Both the position numbers and the translations under genes were made by a program. Below are positions 37,853-51,900 of a DNA stretch of 64,000 nt, piece by piece. Positions within the stretch are counted from its first letter, which is position 1; the number at the start of each line of letters is the position of its first letter. This DNA comes from Chiloscyllium plagiosum (Eukaryota). The stretch covers positions 7,347,785-7,411,784 of the forward strand of contig NC_057752.1 in assembly GCF_004010195.1 (NCBI RefSeq), in the 5' to 3' direction. The notes under the pieces are model-generated. The model was not told where the DNA came from. It saw only the letters and a program-made list of their open reading frames with translations, and ran no database searches.

Positions 37853-38735
37853 TATAGAATCATATAGCATGGAAACAGACCCTTCAGTCTGCTTCGTCAA
37901 TGCTGATCAGGTATTCTAAACTGAACTAATCCCTCTAAACCTTTCCTATCTGTGTACCTGTACAAATTGAAATGTTGTAATTGTACCCACCTCTACCATT
38001 TCCTATGGCAGCTCATTCCAAACACGCACCACCTTCTGTGTGAAAAAGCTGCTCCTCCACAGAAAATAGCCCCAGCCTATTCAGCCTCTCCCTATAACTC
38101 AAACCCTAGGTCGCCCTGCTCTAGGAAGGATGTTGTTAAACTAGAAAGGTATAGAAAAAGTTTACCAGGATGTTGTTGGGACTGGAGAGTTATAAGGAGA
38201 GGCTGGGTAGGCTGGGACTTTTTTCCTTGGAGCATCAGAGGCTGAGGGGTGACCTTGTAGAGATTTATCAGATCATGAGGGGCATGGATAAGGAGAATAG
38301 CCAAAGTATTTTTCCAAAATAGGTGAGTCCAAAACTAAGGTGAGAGGGGAAAGATTTAAAAGGGACCTGAGGGGTAACTTTTTTATGTAGCAGGTAGTAT
38401 GTGTCTGGAATGAGCTGCCAGAGGAAATGGTGGAGGCTGGTACAATCACAACATTTAAACGGCATCTGGATGGGTACATGAACAGGAAGGGTTTAGAGGA
38501 AAATGGGCCAAATGCTGGCAAATGGGACTTGATTAATTTAGGATATTTGGTTGGCATGGAAGAGTTTGACTGAAGGGTCTATTTTTGTGCTGTACAACTC
38601 TATGACTCTGACCAGAATTGTATGCAGTATTCTCAAAGTGGCCTCACCAATGTCTTGTACAGGCACAATGTGATAGCCCAACTCCTATACTCAATGCTCT
38701 GACTAATAAAGGCAAACGTTCCAAATGCCTTTTTC
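37853..38735. mobile_element. CR1 3' fragments: minus-strand copy (37853-38110, 38610-38735) with a plus-strand copy (38110-38609) inside
   Basis: CR1 tails at 37853 (minus) and 38600 (plus); RT C-terminal motifs on both strands. Confidence 0.8.
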
Positions 38736-39399
38736 AAGTAAAAACCTAATAATGACTTACTTAGAGAATCATACAGAATCTTGCAGACAATATTGCAGAC
38801 ATCACCATCACCAACCTTAGTTATGTCCTGTACCACTGACAGGACAGACCCACCAGAGGTGGTGGAACAGTGGTACATATTCTGGAGGGATTTTCCCTGA
38901 GAGACCTGAATGTTGACTCTAAATCTTATGAAGTCTCATGGCATCAGGTCAAACAGTGAGAAGAAAATCTGCTACTGATTACCAACTATCACCACCAAAC
39001 TCTCAGCTGATGGTCCTAGTTTCTTCTGAATTGAAAACATGTTTACCTGTCATAAACACCACATTATAAACATCTTTCTATTAACACCACAAAGATTTGC
39101 AGTCACCAGCTCTCTGTCACATACTGGAATACATCACTGTTCTAGAACAATTCTTTGTCTCTCTTTTTTTAAAAGAAAACCTTTCACAAAAGGAACCAAC
39201 ATCCATATTCCACTGTTTTGAAATTCAAACTAAACATGTTACATATATATAAATTGTACACCTTTCATCACAAACCTGACATATCTCCTGCTCTCCAACT
39301 ACCATCAAACCAGGAGACCAAATCTGGTTCAATGAAGAGTTGGGGGGGTGGGGGAGGTTTGCCAGGAGCAGCACCAGGCATACCTAAAAATAAAACACC

Positions 39400-39535
39400 A
39401 GGTGAATTGGCCATGCTAAATTGCCCATAGTGTTAGGTGCATTAGTTAGAGGGAAATGGGATACTCTTTGGAGGGTCGGTGTGGACTTGTTGGGCCGAAG
39501 GGCCTGTTTTCACACTGTAGGGGAATCTAATCTAA
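39400..39535 (+). mobile_element. HE1-type SINE 3' half
   Basis: ggtgaattggccatgctaaattgcc...(tctaa)n matches 61170-61313. Confidence 0.8.
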
Positions 39536-39539
39536 TATG

Positions 39540-41578
39540 CTGAAGCTACAACATGTGACTAATTGCACATCAAATAACAGAAGCAGTATGCAATATACAA
39601 GGTTAAAGCGACCTCACAACCAGTGGATCAGATGTAAGCTCTGCAGTCCTGCCTCATCCAGTCATGAATGGTAGTGGACAATTAAACAACTCACTGCAGG
39701 AGGAGATCCCACAAATATCCCCTTCTCAATGATGAGTGGAGGAGGATTGGGAGGGTGGTTTGCGGTGCAGCACACCAGTGTAAAAGATAAGACTGAAGCA
39801 TTCACACCCATCTTCAGCCCAAAATGCTGAGTGGATGATCCATTTTGGCCTCCTTCAGAAGTCCGCAGTATCACAAATGCCAGTATTCAACCAATTTGGT
39901 CCACCATACGTGATGTCAAGAAATGACTGAACGCACTGGATACTGCAAAAGTTATGGTCCCTGACAATGCTTTGGCATTAGTAGTGAAGACTCAAGCTTC
40001 AAAAATAGCCGTGCCCCTAACCAAGCTGTTCTAGTACAGTTACAACCATGGCATCAGGCCTACAAAGTGGAAAGTTGCCCAGATATGTCCTGTCCACAGA
40101 AGGCAGGACAACCTGCCAAGATAGTTAACATCCTATCAGTCTATTCTCAATCATTGGCAAAGTGATGGAGGTGGCTGTCTACAGTGCTGTTGAGTTGCAC
40201 TTGCAGAGGAAATAACCTACTCACTGACACTCAGTTTGGGCTCCTCCAGGGCCACTTGGTTCTTGATCTCATTACATCCTTTGTCAAAATATAGAAAAAA
40301 AGAGCTGAACTCTAGAGGTAAGATGAGAGTGACTGCCCTTCAAAAGAAGGCAGAATTTGACTGAGTACGGCATTAAGAAGCCCCAGAAAACCTGGCATTA
40401 TTAGAAATCTGGGGGAAATGTTCCACTGTTTGAAGTCATACATAGAGGAAGATGGTTGTGGTTGTTGGACGTCAGTCCTTCAGCTCCAGGCTATACTACC
40501 TTTAATTTATTTTTCACTGTGCAGACCTCCAAACCCAGAAGTCAATGTATTGATATGCCATTGACACGTGTGGAACCTTGGAACATTTACACAGCTTAGA
40601 GGAATCATGGGTCCAAGACATCTCTGCAGGAGTTCCTCAGAGTAGTGTCCTAGGCACAACCATCTTCAGTTGCTTCTCAATGATCTTCCCTCCATTATAA
40701 GGTCAGAAGTGGAGATGTTTGCTGATGATTTGACAATGTAGAGTACCATTTGTGACTCCTCGGATTCTGAAGCAGTCTGTGTCCACCTATGCAGTAAGCT
40801 CTGGAGAACATCCAGGCTTGGGATTATAAGTAGCAAGTAATATTCGCACTGCACAAATGGCAGGCAATGAACATTTTCAAAAGAGAGAATCCAATCATTG
40901 CCCCTTGACATATAATAGCATTATCTCATTATCAACATCCTGTGTGTTGCCATTGACCTGAAACTGAACTGGACCCAGTCATATAATTACTGAGGCTATA
41001 AAAGCAAGTCAGAGGCTAGGAATTCTAAACTGAATAACTTACCGCCTGTCTCACCAAAGCCTGCCCAGCACCTACAACCACAAGTTAGGAGTGTGATTGA
41101 ATACTTCCCACTTGTCCGGATGTGTTCAACTCTAACAGGAGTCAAAAGGCTCAACACCATCCCAGAACAAAGCACCCCATTTGTTTGGCACCCATCCACT
41201 GTTCAATATTCACTCCCTTCACCACTCGTATACAGTGGCAGCGGTGTGTGCCATCTACAAGATTCATTGTAGTAACTGATCAATGGTCCTTTGATAGTAT
41301 CTTCCAAACCTGCAATCTCTATTGCCTAGAAAGTGTGGGAACACCACCAAGTTCCTGAACGTTCCCTCCAATTTACAGAACACCCTGACTTGGAACTATA
41401 TTGTCCTTCCTTCATTATCACTGGGTCAAAATCTTGGAACTTCCTTCCCAACAGCATCCCCACCCCAAGGAATGCAGCAGTTCAAGAAGGTAGCTTTGTA
41501 CTTTCAGCAGGGCAATTAGGGATAGGCAATAAATGCTGGCATAATCATAGATGCCCACATCCCATGAACAAATAAAAA
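39540..41578 (+). mobile_element. Decayed CR1/L2-clade LINE ORF2 and 3' end (EN piece also at 38780-39010)
   Basis: KWKVAQICPVH, GVPQSSVLG, MFADD motifs; A-rich tail at 41570. Confidence 0.8.
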
Positions 41579-42521
41579 GAAAATTATCTGATCCAGAAAG
41601 AAAGTTAAAGGAGAGTTCGTGCAGATCAATGGGTGACCTGGTAGACATTCAGCAGCAATTCCAATGTGGAGGAAATTCAAATTATTGTATGACTTTAGCA
41701 TTTGATCCTGAAAATATTCAGACATCGGAAAAATGGTTCATCCAATGCACTGACATTGATCACCTTGATAAATAGGTACAACCCAATTTTATAAGTGAGC
41801 TGTCGAAAGGGTCAACTTCTTCAATTTCAAAATGAGTTTGGACTGTTCAGATCTAATATGACACATTCCAATATTTCTCCCTCTGCATCAATTTTGATTG
41901 TAAAAAGTCACACTGTATAAGTTTCACATTTCATATGCCAATATGGATTTGTAAGTCAGAATTAACTGAAGAAATCGAATGGTTAGAGACATTTATTTAG
42001 CCATAAGGCTCTTTCTGGTTGGCACCTTTGGAAAATGGATTGGATTGAAAGTTTGGTGTTCTGTCTGTCAAACTCTGGACAGGCAGAAAGGCTTATTCCA
42101 AGTGCTGGATTTGGGGGCAAAAAAATCATTAAAATTACACTCATGACTTGCAGTTTTTCACATCACTGAGGATGTTCAGATACTTCACTTGTTAAAGATA
42201 TGCACTACATTGGCAACACGTGGCATTCATTTTCTGCTAATCATCTATGATGTGAGAATGCAATCATTCAATAAAATGCATTGTAAAATAATGACCATAA
42301 ATGGTTTTAATACAAGTGTTTATAATTTTATTTTCCATACATGAAACTGCCGATGGCTAGAAACTGAGGCAGAGAAATTCAGTGATTTAGTTTTTCTTTT
42401 CAGTGTTAAGAGTTTGGGTTTTGTTCTCTCGAATGTACAGTGCATTTACAGACTGCATTCATTTTTTTTTCTGCAGTTGCGAGTGTCAATGACATTCTAG
42501 TCCAATGTAGCTTACAGTTAT

Positions 42522-42872
42522 TTAATTAATTTACAGGATGAAGGAGTCACTGGCTAAGCCAACATTTATTGCCCATCCCTATTTACCCAGAAGGCAGTTA
42601 ATAGTCAGCCACATTGCTGTGGGTGTGGAGTCACATATAGGCTAGACCAGGTAAGGATGGTAGTTTCCTTCCCTAAAGTACATTAGTGAACCAGATGGCT
42701 TTTCCTGACAATAGATTCATGGTTATCATTAGACTCTTAATTCCAGATTTCTTTTTGTATTGAATTCAAATTCCCTCATCTGCCATGGCAGGATTTGAAC
42801 CCAGATCCCCAGAACAGAATATGGGTCTCTAGATGAACAGTCCAGCGATAATGCCACTAAGCCATAATCTCC
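42522..42872 (-). mobile_element. tRNA-derived SINE (DeuSINE/SacSINE1-like)
   Basis: Similar to 36868-37262. Confidence 0.75.
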
Positions 42873-43202
42873 CCTTTGGTCTGATGATGGTGAACTAGGA
42901 ATTTCACAAAAAAGTTCAGCTACCTTTCTGGAATCAGTACAGGCTAAGCTTGGTGCCATTGGTTTTCCAAAGTTGCAACATGACCAGGATATTAGTAGTT
43001 CAATACAGGAAAGAACAAGGATAGAGTGCATGGAAGTGGAAAATCACAATCCAGTGAAGTAAAGCGTCATCATTCTGAGATTGGAGTGGAGACACATTGT
43101 TAGAGCATTCATTATATACTTTATGGTGATAAGCCGATTGTGAATTATTGATCGTTGTCCTTGAAACCTTCTTGAATTTCAAAAGGTGATTGTACATGAA
43201 CA

Positions 43203-46200
43203 TTTTTTAAAAAAATATTTTGATTGAAAAAATAGATTTTCTAATATTGCAACAAGTACAAAACAATACAATTCAAAACATTACAAAAAAACCCAAGTTA
43301 AAAAACACCAACCCACCCTCATGTACAAATGTATAAACACATATAGAAAAATACAGAATAAAAAACCCAAACTGGCTATTTAACTAAATAAATAAATAAC
43401 CAACAACAAACTAATAAATAGTAATAACTCAGCCCAGCCAAACAAAACGCTCATACGTTCACAGTTCCTCCTGCCTGGATATCGGAATCGTAAAACACAA
43501 TCGTTAGTCGTTAGTCGTTACGGCTATATAAAACCCCTTGTTAGTGTGGCAGATAAATCTGTGTCAAGGTATTCCAAAAAGGGCTGCCATGTCTTATAAA
43601 AATTCTAAGCTTTGTAGTGTACCATATTTGTGAGAAAACCCAAGGGAATGTACTTCATAACAATCTTCTGCCAACCCTATAGGCCTGGAGGTTTTCGGAT
43701 ATCCAACCTAGCAAGATATTCTTTCTTGCACAAAACGTGAGAATATTGAAAAGTTTTATCTTATGCGCGTCTGCAGGAAATACAGTGGGCAGGCCCAAAA
43801 GGAGAGAGATAGGGTCCTTCTCCACCCTCACACCCAAAATCCTCTCCCGCCACAGCACTCCAATATGTTTGAAGCCTGTCACAAGACCAAAGACAATGGG
43901 TAAGAGTGCCCGTGCAGACCTTGCAACTTGGGACATGTTGAAGATACCCCTGGTTTAAATTTTGACAAATGGTCCAGAGCCAAGTGGACCCTATGGAGAA
44001 TCTTCAGCTGTAAAGCATGGGTCCTATTGCAAATTGATATCTTCCTTGCATTCTCCCAAATATCCTCCCATGTCTCTGAGGAAACTTCAACACCCAGCTC
44101 TCTCTCCCAAATCCTGCAGAGTCGATCAAACTCATCTGAGGGGGCACCCCCCAACTGATGATATAAAGTACTGACAGAAAGTGTACTTTTAGCACTTAGC
44201 ACCCCCTCTTTATGTTGGATTTGTAGGGATCAATCAAAAGTGTGGTCTTTTTTTGAATAAAATCCCTAACTTGAAAAAAATGGAAGAGGTCTCTAGTAGA
44301 TAACGCGTACTTCCGTACTAACTGATCGAAGGACATCATTACGTCTCCCTCAAATAAATCGCCCATGCAAGATATACCCCTAGCTGCCCAACGTTTAAAT
44401 CCTGAATCTATCATCCCCGATTGAAAACCTGGCATACCCACTAAAGGTGTAAACAAAGATGTTTTGCCAATATTACCTTCCCTCTGCCAAATTGCCCTCC
44501 ATGCTTTCACAGTATTGATAACTATTGGGTTATGGCAATATTCCCTAACTGTCCTCACCTTGTCCAAAAACAGCAAACTGGTAAGGGGGCACCTTGCCTG
44601 GGAGGCTACGATATCTAGCCATATTGAAAGAGGATTCCCACAAACCCAATCACTCACGTAGGTCAAAAGCGAGCTTAGTTTGTAATTTTTAATATCCAGA
44701 AGGTCCACTCCCCCCAATCTGTGAGGCAACTGCAGTTTAGCTAATTTAATGAGGGGCCGTTTACGATGCCAAATAAAGGAGCTGAACCAACCGTTCAGCC
44801 TCCTAAGTGTTTGCTTATTGAAAATCGGGGGAGCATCCATATAGGGTACAGCAAACGAGGGAGAATATTCATCTTAATAAGCGCTATCTGACCCAACCAT
44901 GAGACTTGAAGTGCCTCCCATCTTTGAAGATCTTGTTTAATTTTATCAAATAATTGGATAAAATTGGCTTTGAAAAGCTGATCCAGGACTGGAGTAATGA
45001 ATATGCCCAAGTACACAAAACCCCCCTGTGACCACCTGGGAATCTATAGTCACCCCCAAGACCTAGCTCCTCCGTAAGACCACCCATAGGCATAGCCTCT
45101 GATTTTGCAAAATTAATCTTGTATCCCAAAAAAGCGCCAAACACGTGAATGCATTGTATCAGGCAAGGCACCGAGACTGCTGGATTTGTCAAAAACATTA
45201 GGACATCGTCTGCATACAACGAGATCTTATGTAATTTTGACTCCACTTCTGGAGCTGATATACTGGGGTCCCCATGAATTGCCTCCACCAATGGTTCAAT
45301 CACCAATGTAAAAAGCAATGGTAAAAAGGGTTAACCCTGCCGTCTGCGCCTAAAAATATTAAAATTGCTTGATCGTATCCCATTGGTGATGACCGCTGCA
45401 AGAGGGCCACCATAGAGAACCTTTACCCATCTTATAAAGACTTTGCCCAAACCAAACCGCTCCGGAATATAGAAAAGATACGGCCACTCAACTCGGTCAA
45501 ATGCCTTCTCTGCTTCTAGAGAAATCACCAATCCCTGTATTGACTGCTGTTGGCATGCTTGAATTATATTAAGCAACCTCCTAACATTATTGGGGGATCT
45601 GCGGCCCTTTATGAGGCCTGTCTGATCCTGTTTAATAATAGAAGGTAACACAGTCTCCAGCCTTAACACGAGAGTCTTAGAGAGGATTTTAAAGTCCACA
45701 TTTAAGAGCGAGATGGGCCTGTATGAAGCACAGTCTTCCAGGTCCTTCCCTTTTTTAAGGATAAGTGAAACATTGGCCTCTCTCAGAGATGGTGGGAGAC
45801 CATCATGACTGTATGAATCATTAAACATATTCAGCATCGGGCCTGACAGTATACTTATAAATTCCTTATAGATTTCACTGGCAAGTCAGTCAGGACCGGG
45901 CACCTTTCCACTCTGAAGCTGCCTCACAGCTTCCTGCACTTCTTGCTCTGATAAGGGGGCATTGAGAAAAGACTGTTGTTCGGGAGTCACACCCCGGGAG
46001 CCTCAGATCCTTAAAAAAGATTCTCTTTTGGCCTGCCCCTCCTCACAGTCCTCGGATTGGTATAACCTAGAGTAAAATCTCTGAAACGCCACATTAATCT
46101 TTTTAGAATCATGTGTTAAGTTCTCAGACCCTTCCCTAATTGCTGTGATGGCTTGTGGGGCACTCCTTTTCCTGGCAAGATACGCTAACTATTTGCCTGG

Positions 46201-49166
46201 CTTGTCACCATGTTCATATAACCTTTGCTTTGCAAAAGCCAGCTCCTTCTTTGCTGTCTGCATGAGCATGGAATTTAATGCAGACCGCAGTGCCATAATC
46301 CTCTGTAGTTTGACCAATGAGGGTCTGTCAAAATAGGCCTTCTTGGCTGCCTTCAACTGTGCTTTAAGGAGACGTTGCTGCTCACCCTTCTGCCATTTCC
46401 TACTGGCGGAATATGAAATGACTAACCCCCAGCATAGGCTTTGGCAGTTTCCCAGAGGACGGATGAACTACCAACTGAGCCAAAGTTGATGTCTAGGAAT
46501 GCCCGAAATTCCACAAACTTATTATCCTTGAGGATAAAGGGATCCATTTGCCAGTACCTCGAACCCACTGTAACACCCTTAATCTTACCTATATGGTATA
46601 CTGGAGCATGATCAGAGATGGTAATATTACCAATCGTACAAGATGCCACCAAATCCAGGGTTACTGCAGGGGTCAGAAAAAAAAAATCAATCCTAGTGTG
46701 ACGTCTGTGCAGATTGGAGAAAAATGTAAAATCCCTACCTGTGGGGTGGAGACACCTCTAGACGTCCACCAATCCTAACTCCCCACACAGACCCACTAAC
46801 TGTTTAGTTTGTACAGAGGGTATCGAGGGACCTTTAGGCAACCTGTCTACTGTGGGATCCATGAGACAGTTAAAATCTCCCCCTATAATGATATGCTGGG
46901 ACTCAAAACTTATCAGTTTAGAAAAAGCTTCTACCAAAAATTTAAAAGGATAAGCTGGAGGGCAATAAACATTTAATACACCATATTCTTCCCCATTTAT
47001 CAAGGCTTTAAGAATTACAAACTTCCCGTGTGTGTCTTTAATGGGAGATTCTTCCTAACTTAAATGGGAGATTCTTCCTAACCAATGTAGCCGCTCCCCT
47101 ATTTCTGGTATTAAATGATGAAAGGTAAACTCAGTCAAAGCCATTGTGTTGTAATTTCAGATGCTCCTTGTCATCCAAGTGTGTCTCCTGTAACAAAGCA
47201 ATATCCACGTTCTACTTTCTGAGACTCAGAAGTAGTTTTTTAGATTACATTATAGTGTGGAAACAGGCCCTTCGGCCCAACAAGTCCACACCGACCCGCC
47301 GAAGCGCAACCCACCCATACCCCCACATTTACCCCTTACCTAACACTACGGGAAACTTAGCATGGCCAATTCACCTGACCTGCACATTTTTGGACTGTGG
47401 GAGGAAACCGGAGCACCCGGAGGAAACCCACGCAGAGAACGTGCAAACTCCACACAGTCAGTCACCTGAGGTGGGAATTGCTGTGAGGCAGCAGTGCTAA
47501 CCACCGTGCCGCCCACTTTCTTTCTCTTAATTGGTGAGTGAGTTCCCTTGATATTCCAGGTACATTATTTAATCAAGTCATTAGACATAACTTTCTGCAA
47601 TAACATTTAAATTCCAGAGAGGAGGAATCCGAACACAAATCATTAAGCCTTAGTGTCACATGATCCACCAAATATAAAAACTATATAAACTAAAACCACT
47701 ACATTTAACAAACCTACAAAACTATTAACAGTTAAAAACAACAAAAACCAAAAAACAAACCAACATATAAAGTGCAAACATATAAAGTGAGTAGGAGAAC
47801 CCACCCCCTGCCCAGAGGGGGCAACTACCCATCCCAAACTGCCCATAAGTAGGCATCTAACCATCCCAACCACCTTCACTTCTCCCAGCTAGAGCTGCAC
47901 CACAAACACAAGCAGAAAAAAGGAAACACTCCATAGAATACCAATATAAATAAAACAAATCCCACCCATCCTTTGATATGTTCTAACTTAAATTGAAAAT
48001 GTACATTTCAACCACTGCCAAACATAATTTAAACCAAATTATTATCAATAGAGGAAAAAAACTAAAAATAAAGCTCCAACCGGACTTCCTCTGTTTCTTT
48101 TACAAAACGATAAAGACATACCGAAACAACACTACTATTTATAATTACTAAATTGTTCAGATTATGTTAATTTGTCCACAAAGTCTCTTGTCTTCTCCGA
48201 TGTGTCAAAGAGATGTATGGATCCATCTAAGGTGATCCGAAGCACCACTGGATACCTCAGAGAATACTGAATCCCAAGCTCCCTCAGTTTTCTCTTGACA
48301 CCGTCATAAGATTTTCTTTTCTGGATCACCGCCGCTGAGAAGTCCTGGAAGAACATGATCTTAGAGCCCTCGTTAATTAGGGCCTTTGGATCCTTCCCCT
48401 GGATTCTGGAAACTTCCATGATTCTCTCCTTACTGCTATAGTGATGGAGCCACTCGAGGAGAAGACGAGGATGTTGACCCAAGCCTGATCTCCGCGCCAT
48501 GACCCGGTGAGCCCTCTCACTCTTCAAGCCTATCATGCCCAGCCTCCCAAGTTAATGAATTTCGGCAGCCAGTCCTCAACAAAGTCCGCAGGCCACTCAC
48601 CTTCCTTAACCTCAGGCAGACCGATGATCTAAATATTTTTTCTCCTGCCCCAATTCTCAAGATCATCTGCTTGGTCATGCAAATTATGGACCTGCGTCTC
48701 CAGGGCTTGGATCCTATCCTTGGATGAACTGGCATCAGATTCCACCACTGTGACTCTGTGCTCAACCTCATCCATCCTCTTTTCCACGTGTCCCAGCTGC
48801 TGCTCATGCTTCTGCAGCATGATAGAGATTGGAGCCAGCTTCTCTTCTATTTGTTTCCCCCACATCTCGTGAGATTTCGCGAGCTCGTTCACCAGGGCCT
48901 GGAAGGTAATCGAGTTCAAGGATTCTGCAGGCTGGGCCGTAGGCCCGGCCTCAGACGCTCCTCCTCCTCCTTCTTTCGGCATCTCTGGACAGCAGGAAAC
49001 GCAAGTAAGTTAACTTCTCAAAGTTTCTTGGGACTCCATGATCTTTCTGGAGTCCCAGGATATTGCAATGGTCTGGGTTGGGTGGGTTGAAGGTTCATTC
49101 TGCTTGTGATGTGGTGCGGAGCTCTGCAATGCGATCCTCCCAGATTGCCGCCATCTTGGATCCCCC
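43203..49166 (-). mobile_element. Near full-length L1-clade LINE (ORF1 ~48982-48162; ORF2 ~47588-43540), disrupted
   Basis: 5' end gggggatccaagatggcggc; ORF1 coiled coil + DDLENWGRRKNI, IMFFQDFS; EN WNIKG, IIIGGDFN, SDHAPV; RT SYRPISLLNVDFKIL, DQTG, AEKAFD, SLYADDV; A-rich 3' end. Confidence 0.95.
47241..47516 (-). mobile_element. HE1-type SINE inserted in the L1 endonuclease region
   Basis: Matches the reverse complement of 61006-61313. Confidence 0.9.
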
Positions 49167-50679
49167 AAACTATTTTCTTAAATGTCTGCCATTGTTCCTC
49201 AAATGTCTGCTGCTAGACTCTTTTTCTAATCCACTTCAACCAGCTCTGCCCTCATTCCTTTATAATCACTCTTATTTAAGCTGAGCACACTTGTTTCTGA
49301 TCCAGATTTCCCCCCTCTCAAACTGAATGCTAAATTCCACCATGTTATGGTCACTATTTCAGAGGAGATATTTTACTCTGACATAGTTTATTAAAGCTGT
49401 CTCATTATACATCACCACATACCTGAGTTGCTCTAGTCTTTTCTCAGAACCTAAACCATTTGTCATTTGGAATCAGCCCTGTGACTGAGGAATTATGAAC
49501 TCTACTATGTTATCGCGAGATATGCAAATGAGACACAGTGTACATTATCACATGAACTTTTGCAGTGTCATATGATATGATCATGAGCTTGCCCTCTTAC
49601 TGCATCTTGACAAGCTGAAGTCCCAATTACATGTTGTTGCTGTTAGTTATCAATAATGCAATAGCAGAGCATTTAAAAATACAAAATATGATTAAGTAGA
49701 ATCAACATGACTTCGTGGCGGGGAAATCATGCCAGACAAATTTTCTAGAATTCTTTGAGGAGGTAACAAGCAGAATAGATAAAGTGGATGTATTTGGATT
49801 TTCAGAAGATATTTGATAAGGTACTACAAATTAGGCTACTTAATGTGATAAGAGCCAATGGTTTTAGAGGTGGTATATTAGCAGGGATAGAGGATTTGCT
49901 AACTAATAGAAGATAGAGAATTGGGATAAGACGGACATTTTTAGGATGGCAACCTATAACTCATATAGTGCCACAGGGATCATTGTTGAGGTCACAGTTA
50001 TTTTCAATGTACATTAATGACTTGGATGAGGGGAGTGAAAGCATTATTACAAAGTTTGTGGATGGCACAAAATAGATAGGAAGGCAAGTCATGAAGATGA
50101 TACAAAGAGTCTACAGAAGGGAACAGACAGGTTAATTGGTTGGGAAAAAATTTGACATGGAATATAATGTGGGTAAATGTGATGTTATGCACTTTGGCAG
50201 GAAAATATAGGAGCTGAATATTTTTTAAATGCAAAAAGACTTGTGGTGGGCAAATTTTTGGAGGGAATCCTGAGGGACAAGATTTACATGTATTTGGAAA
50301 GGCAAGGACTAATTAGGGATAGTGAACATGGCTTTGTGCGTGGGAAATTACGTCTCACTAACTTGATTGAGTTTTTTGAAGAAGTAACAAAGAGGATTGA
50401 TGAGGGCAGAGCTATTTGACTTCAGTAAAGTGTTCAACAAGGTTCCTCATGGTAGACTGGTTAGCAAGGTTAGATCTCATGGAATACAGGGAGAACTAGC
50501 CATTTGGATACAGAACTGGCTCAAAGATAGAAGACAGGGTGGTGGTGGAGGGTTGCCTTTCAGACTGGAGGCCTGTGACCAATGGTGTGCCACAAGGATC
50601 GATGTTGGGTCCATTGCTTTTCATCATTTATATAAATGATTGTAAACATAGGAGGTATAGTTAGTAAGTTTGCAGATGA

Positions 50680-51304
50680 TGACGATCTAAAATCTGGATT
50701 TCGGCTGTTGTCAGGAGCAACCATTTTTATGCATGCTTTTATTAACAACAAAATGGCTTCTCAATGCAAAGTAACATAACAAAATGGCTTCAGCCTACAA
50801 ATTAATACTGAGTTTAAAGTGGCTTCTCACCCTGCTAAAGGCTGCATTCCTGCCTTGCTGAGCTAACTGAATCAAAGATAAAGCAGAATAATGGACCCTT
50901 CACAGCGTGGAATTAACTAAGCTAGATCGGACATTACTAACTGTTTTAGTTAACCTTGAAATGTAGGTGGGAAGAGATAAATGTGTTGTAAACAACTTTG
51001 TTTTCCAGAAAATATCATTGGGTTAACCTGCTGTCCATTATGTCATTTCTTACATTTTATTGGATTTATTCTGTAATTAAGGCTGTACTATTTCTTAAGA
51101 AACATATTAAAAATTGCCTTTGTTCTCAGTGAAATTGCGCAGTTTCTCCAAGGAACACAGAAACTGTTAACCTCTGTGTTGCTGGACAAACCTGTGCCTG
51201 GCGGCAAAATAAACTGTGAAATCTTGCTGTGGCATACCACATTCATGTTGATTATTTGACCAGTCGCGGAACTGAGAGATCCCTCAAGGGGGTCGAGATC
51301 TTCA
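50680..51304 (+). mobile_element. Solo LTR (625 bp, ERV- or Gypsy-type) with 4-bp TSD atga
   Basis: TGacgat...cttCA; atga at 50676-50679 and 51305-51308; AATAAA at 51208; interrupts the CR1 FADD motif. Confidence 0.85.
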
Positions 51305-51490
51305 ATGACACCAAAATTGGAGGTGTCGTGGACAGTGAAGAAGGTTACCTCAGATTACAACGGGATCTCGATCAGATGTGCTGAGACCTTCGGGCACATA
51401 TTCATAGCTCATTGAAAGTGGGGTCACAGGTAGATAGGATAGTGAAGAAGGCATTTGATATGCTTTCTTTTATTGGTCAGAGCCAAGATT

Positions 51491-51809
51491 AGATTAGATT
51501 AGATTAGATTACAATGTGGAAACAGGCCCTTCGGCCCAACAAGTCCACACCGCCCCGCCGAAACGCAACCCACCCATACCCCTACATTTACCCCTTACCT
51601 AACAGTACGGGCAATTTAGCATGGCCAATTCACCTGACCTGCACATCTTTGGACTGTGGGAGGAAACCGGAGCAGCCGGAGGAAACCCACGCAGACACGG
51701 GGAGAACGTGCAAACTCCACACAGTCAGTCGCTTGAGACGGGAATTGAACCCGGGTCTCTGGCGCTGTGATGCAGCAGTGCTAACCATTGTGCCACCATG
51801 CCGCCCACC
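51491..51809 (-). mobile_element. HE1-type SINE inserted in the PLE terminus
   Basis: Full tRNA-like head at 51730-51809 and (tctaa)n tail. Confidence 0.92.
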
Positions 51810-51868
51810 ATTAGAGTGGTGCTGGAAAAGCACAGCAAGTCAGACAGCATCTGAGGAGCAGGAAAATA

Positions 51869-51900
51869 AATGTTTCGGGCAGGAGCCCTTCATCAGGAAT
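51869..51900 (-). ncRNA. Minimal hammerhead ribozyme-like motif
   Basis: auuc-CUGAUGA-A-GGGC-uccu-GCCC-GAAAC-auu; perfect stem II; cleavage-site side decayed. Confidence 0.55.

Noticed and set aside
49510..49535. Octamer (ATGCAAAT) plus TCGCGAGA promoter
   Set aside because: Isolated short motifs between repeats, with no downstream snRNA, histone or immunoglobulin-like sequence.
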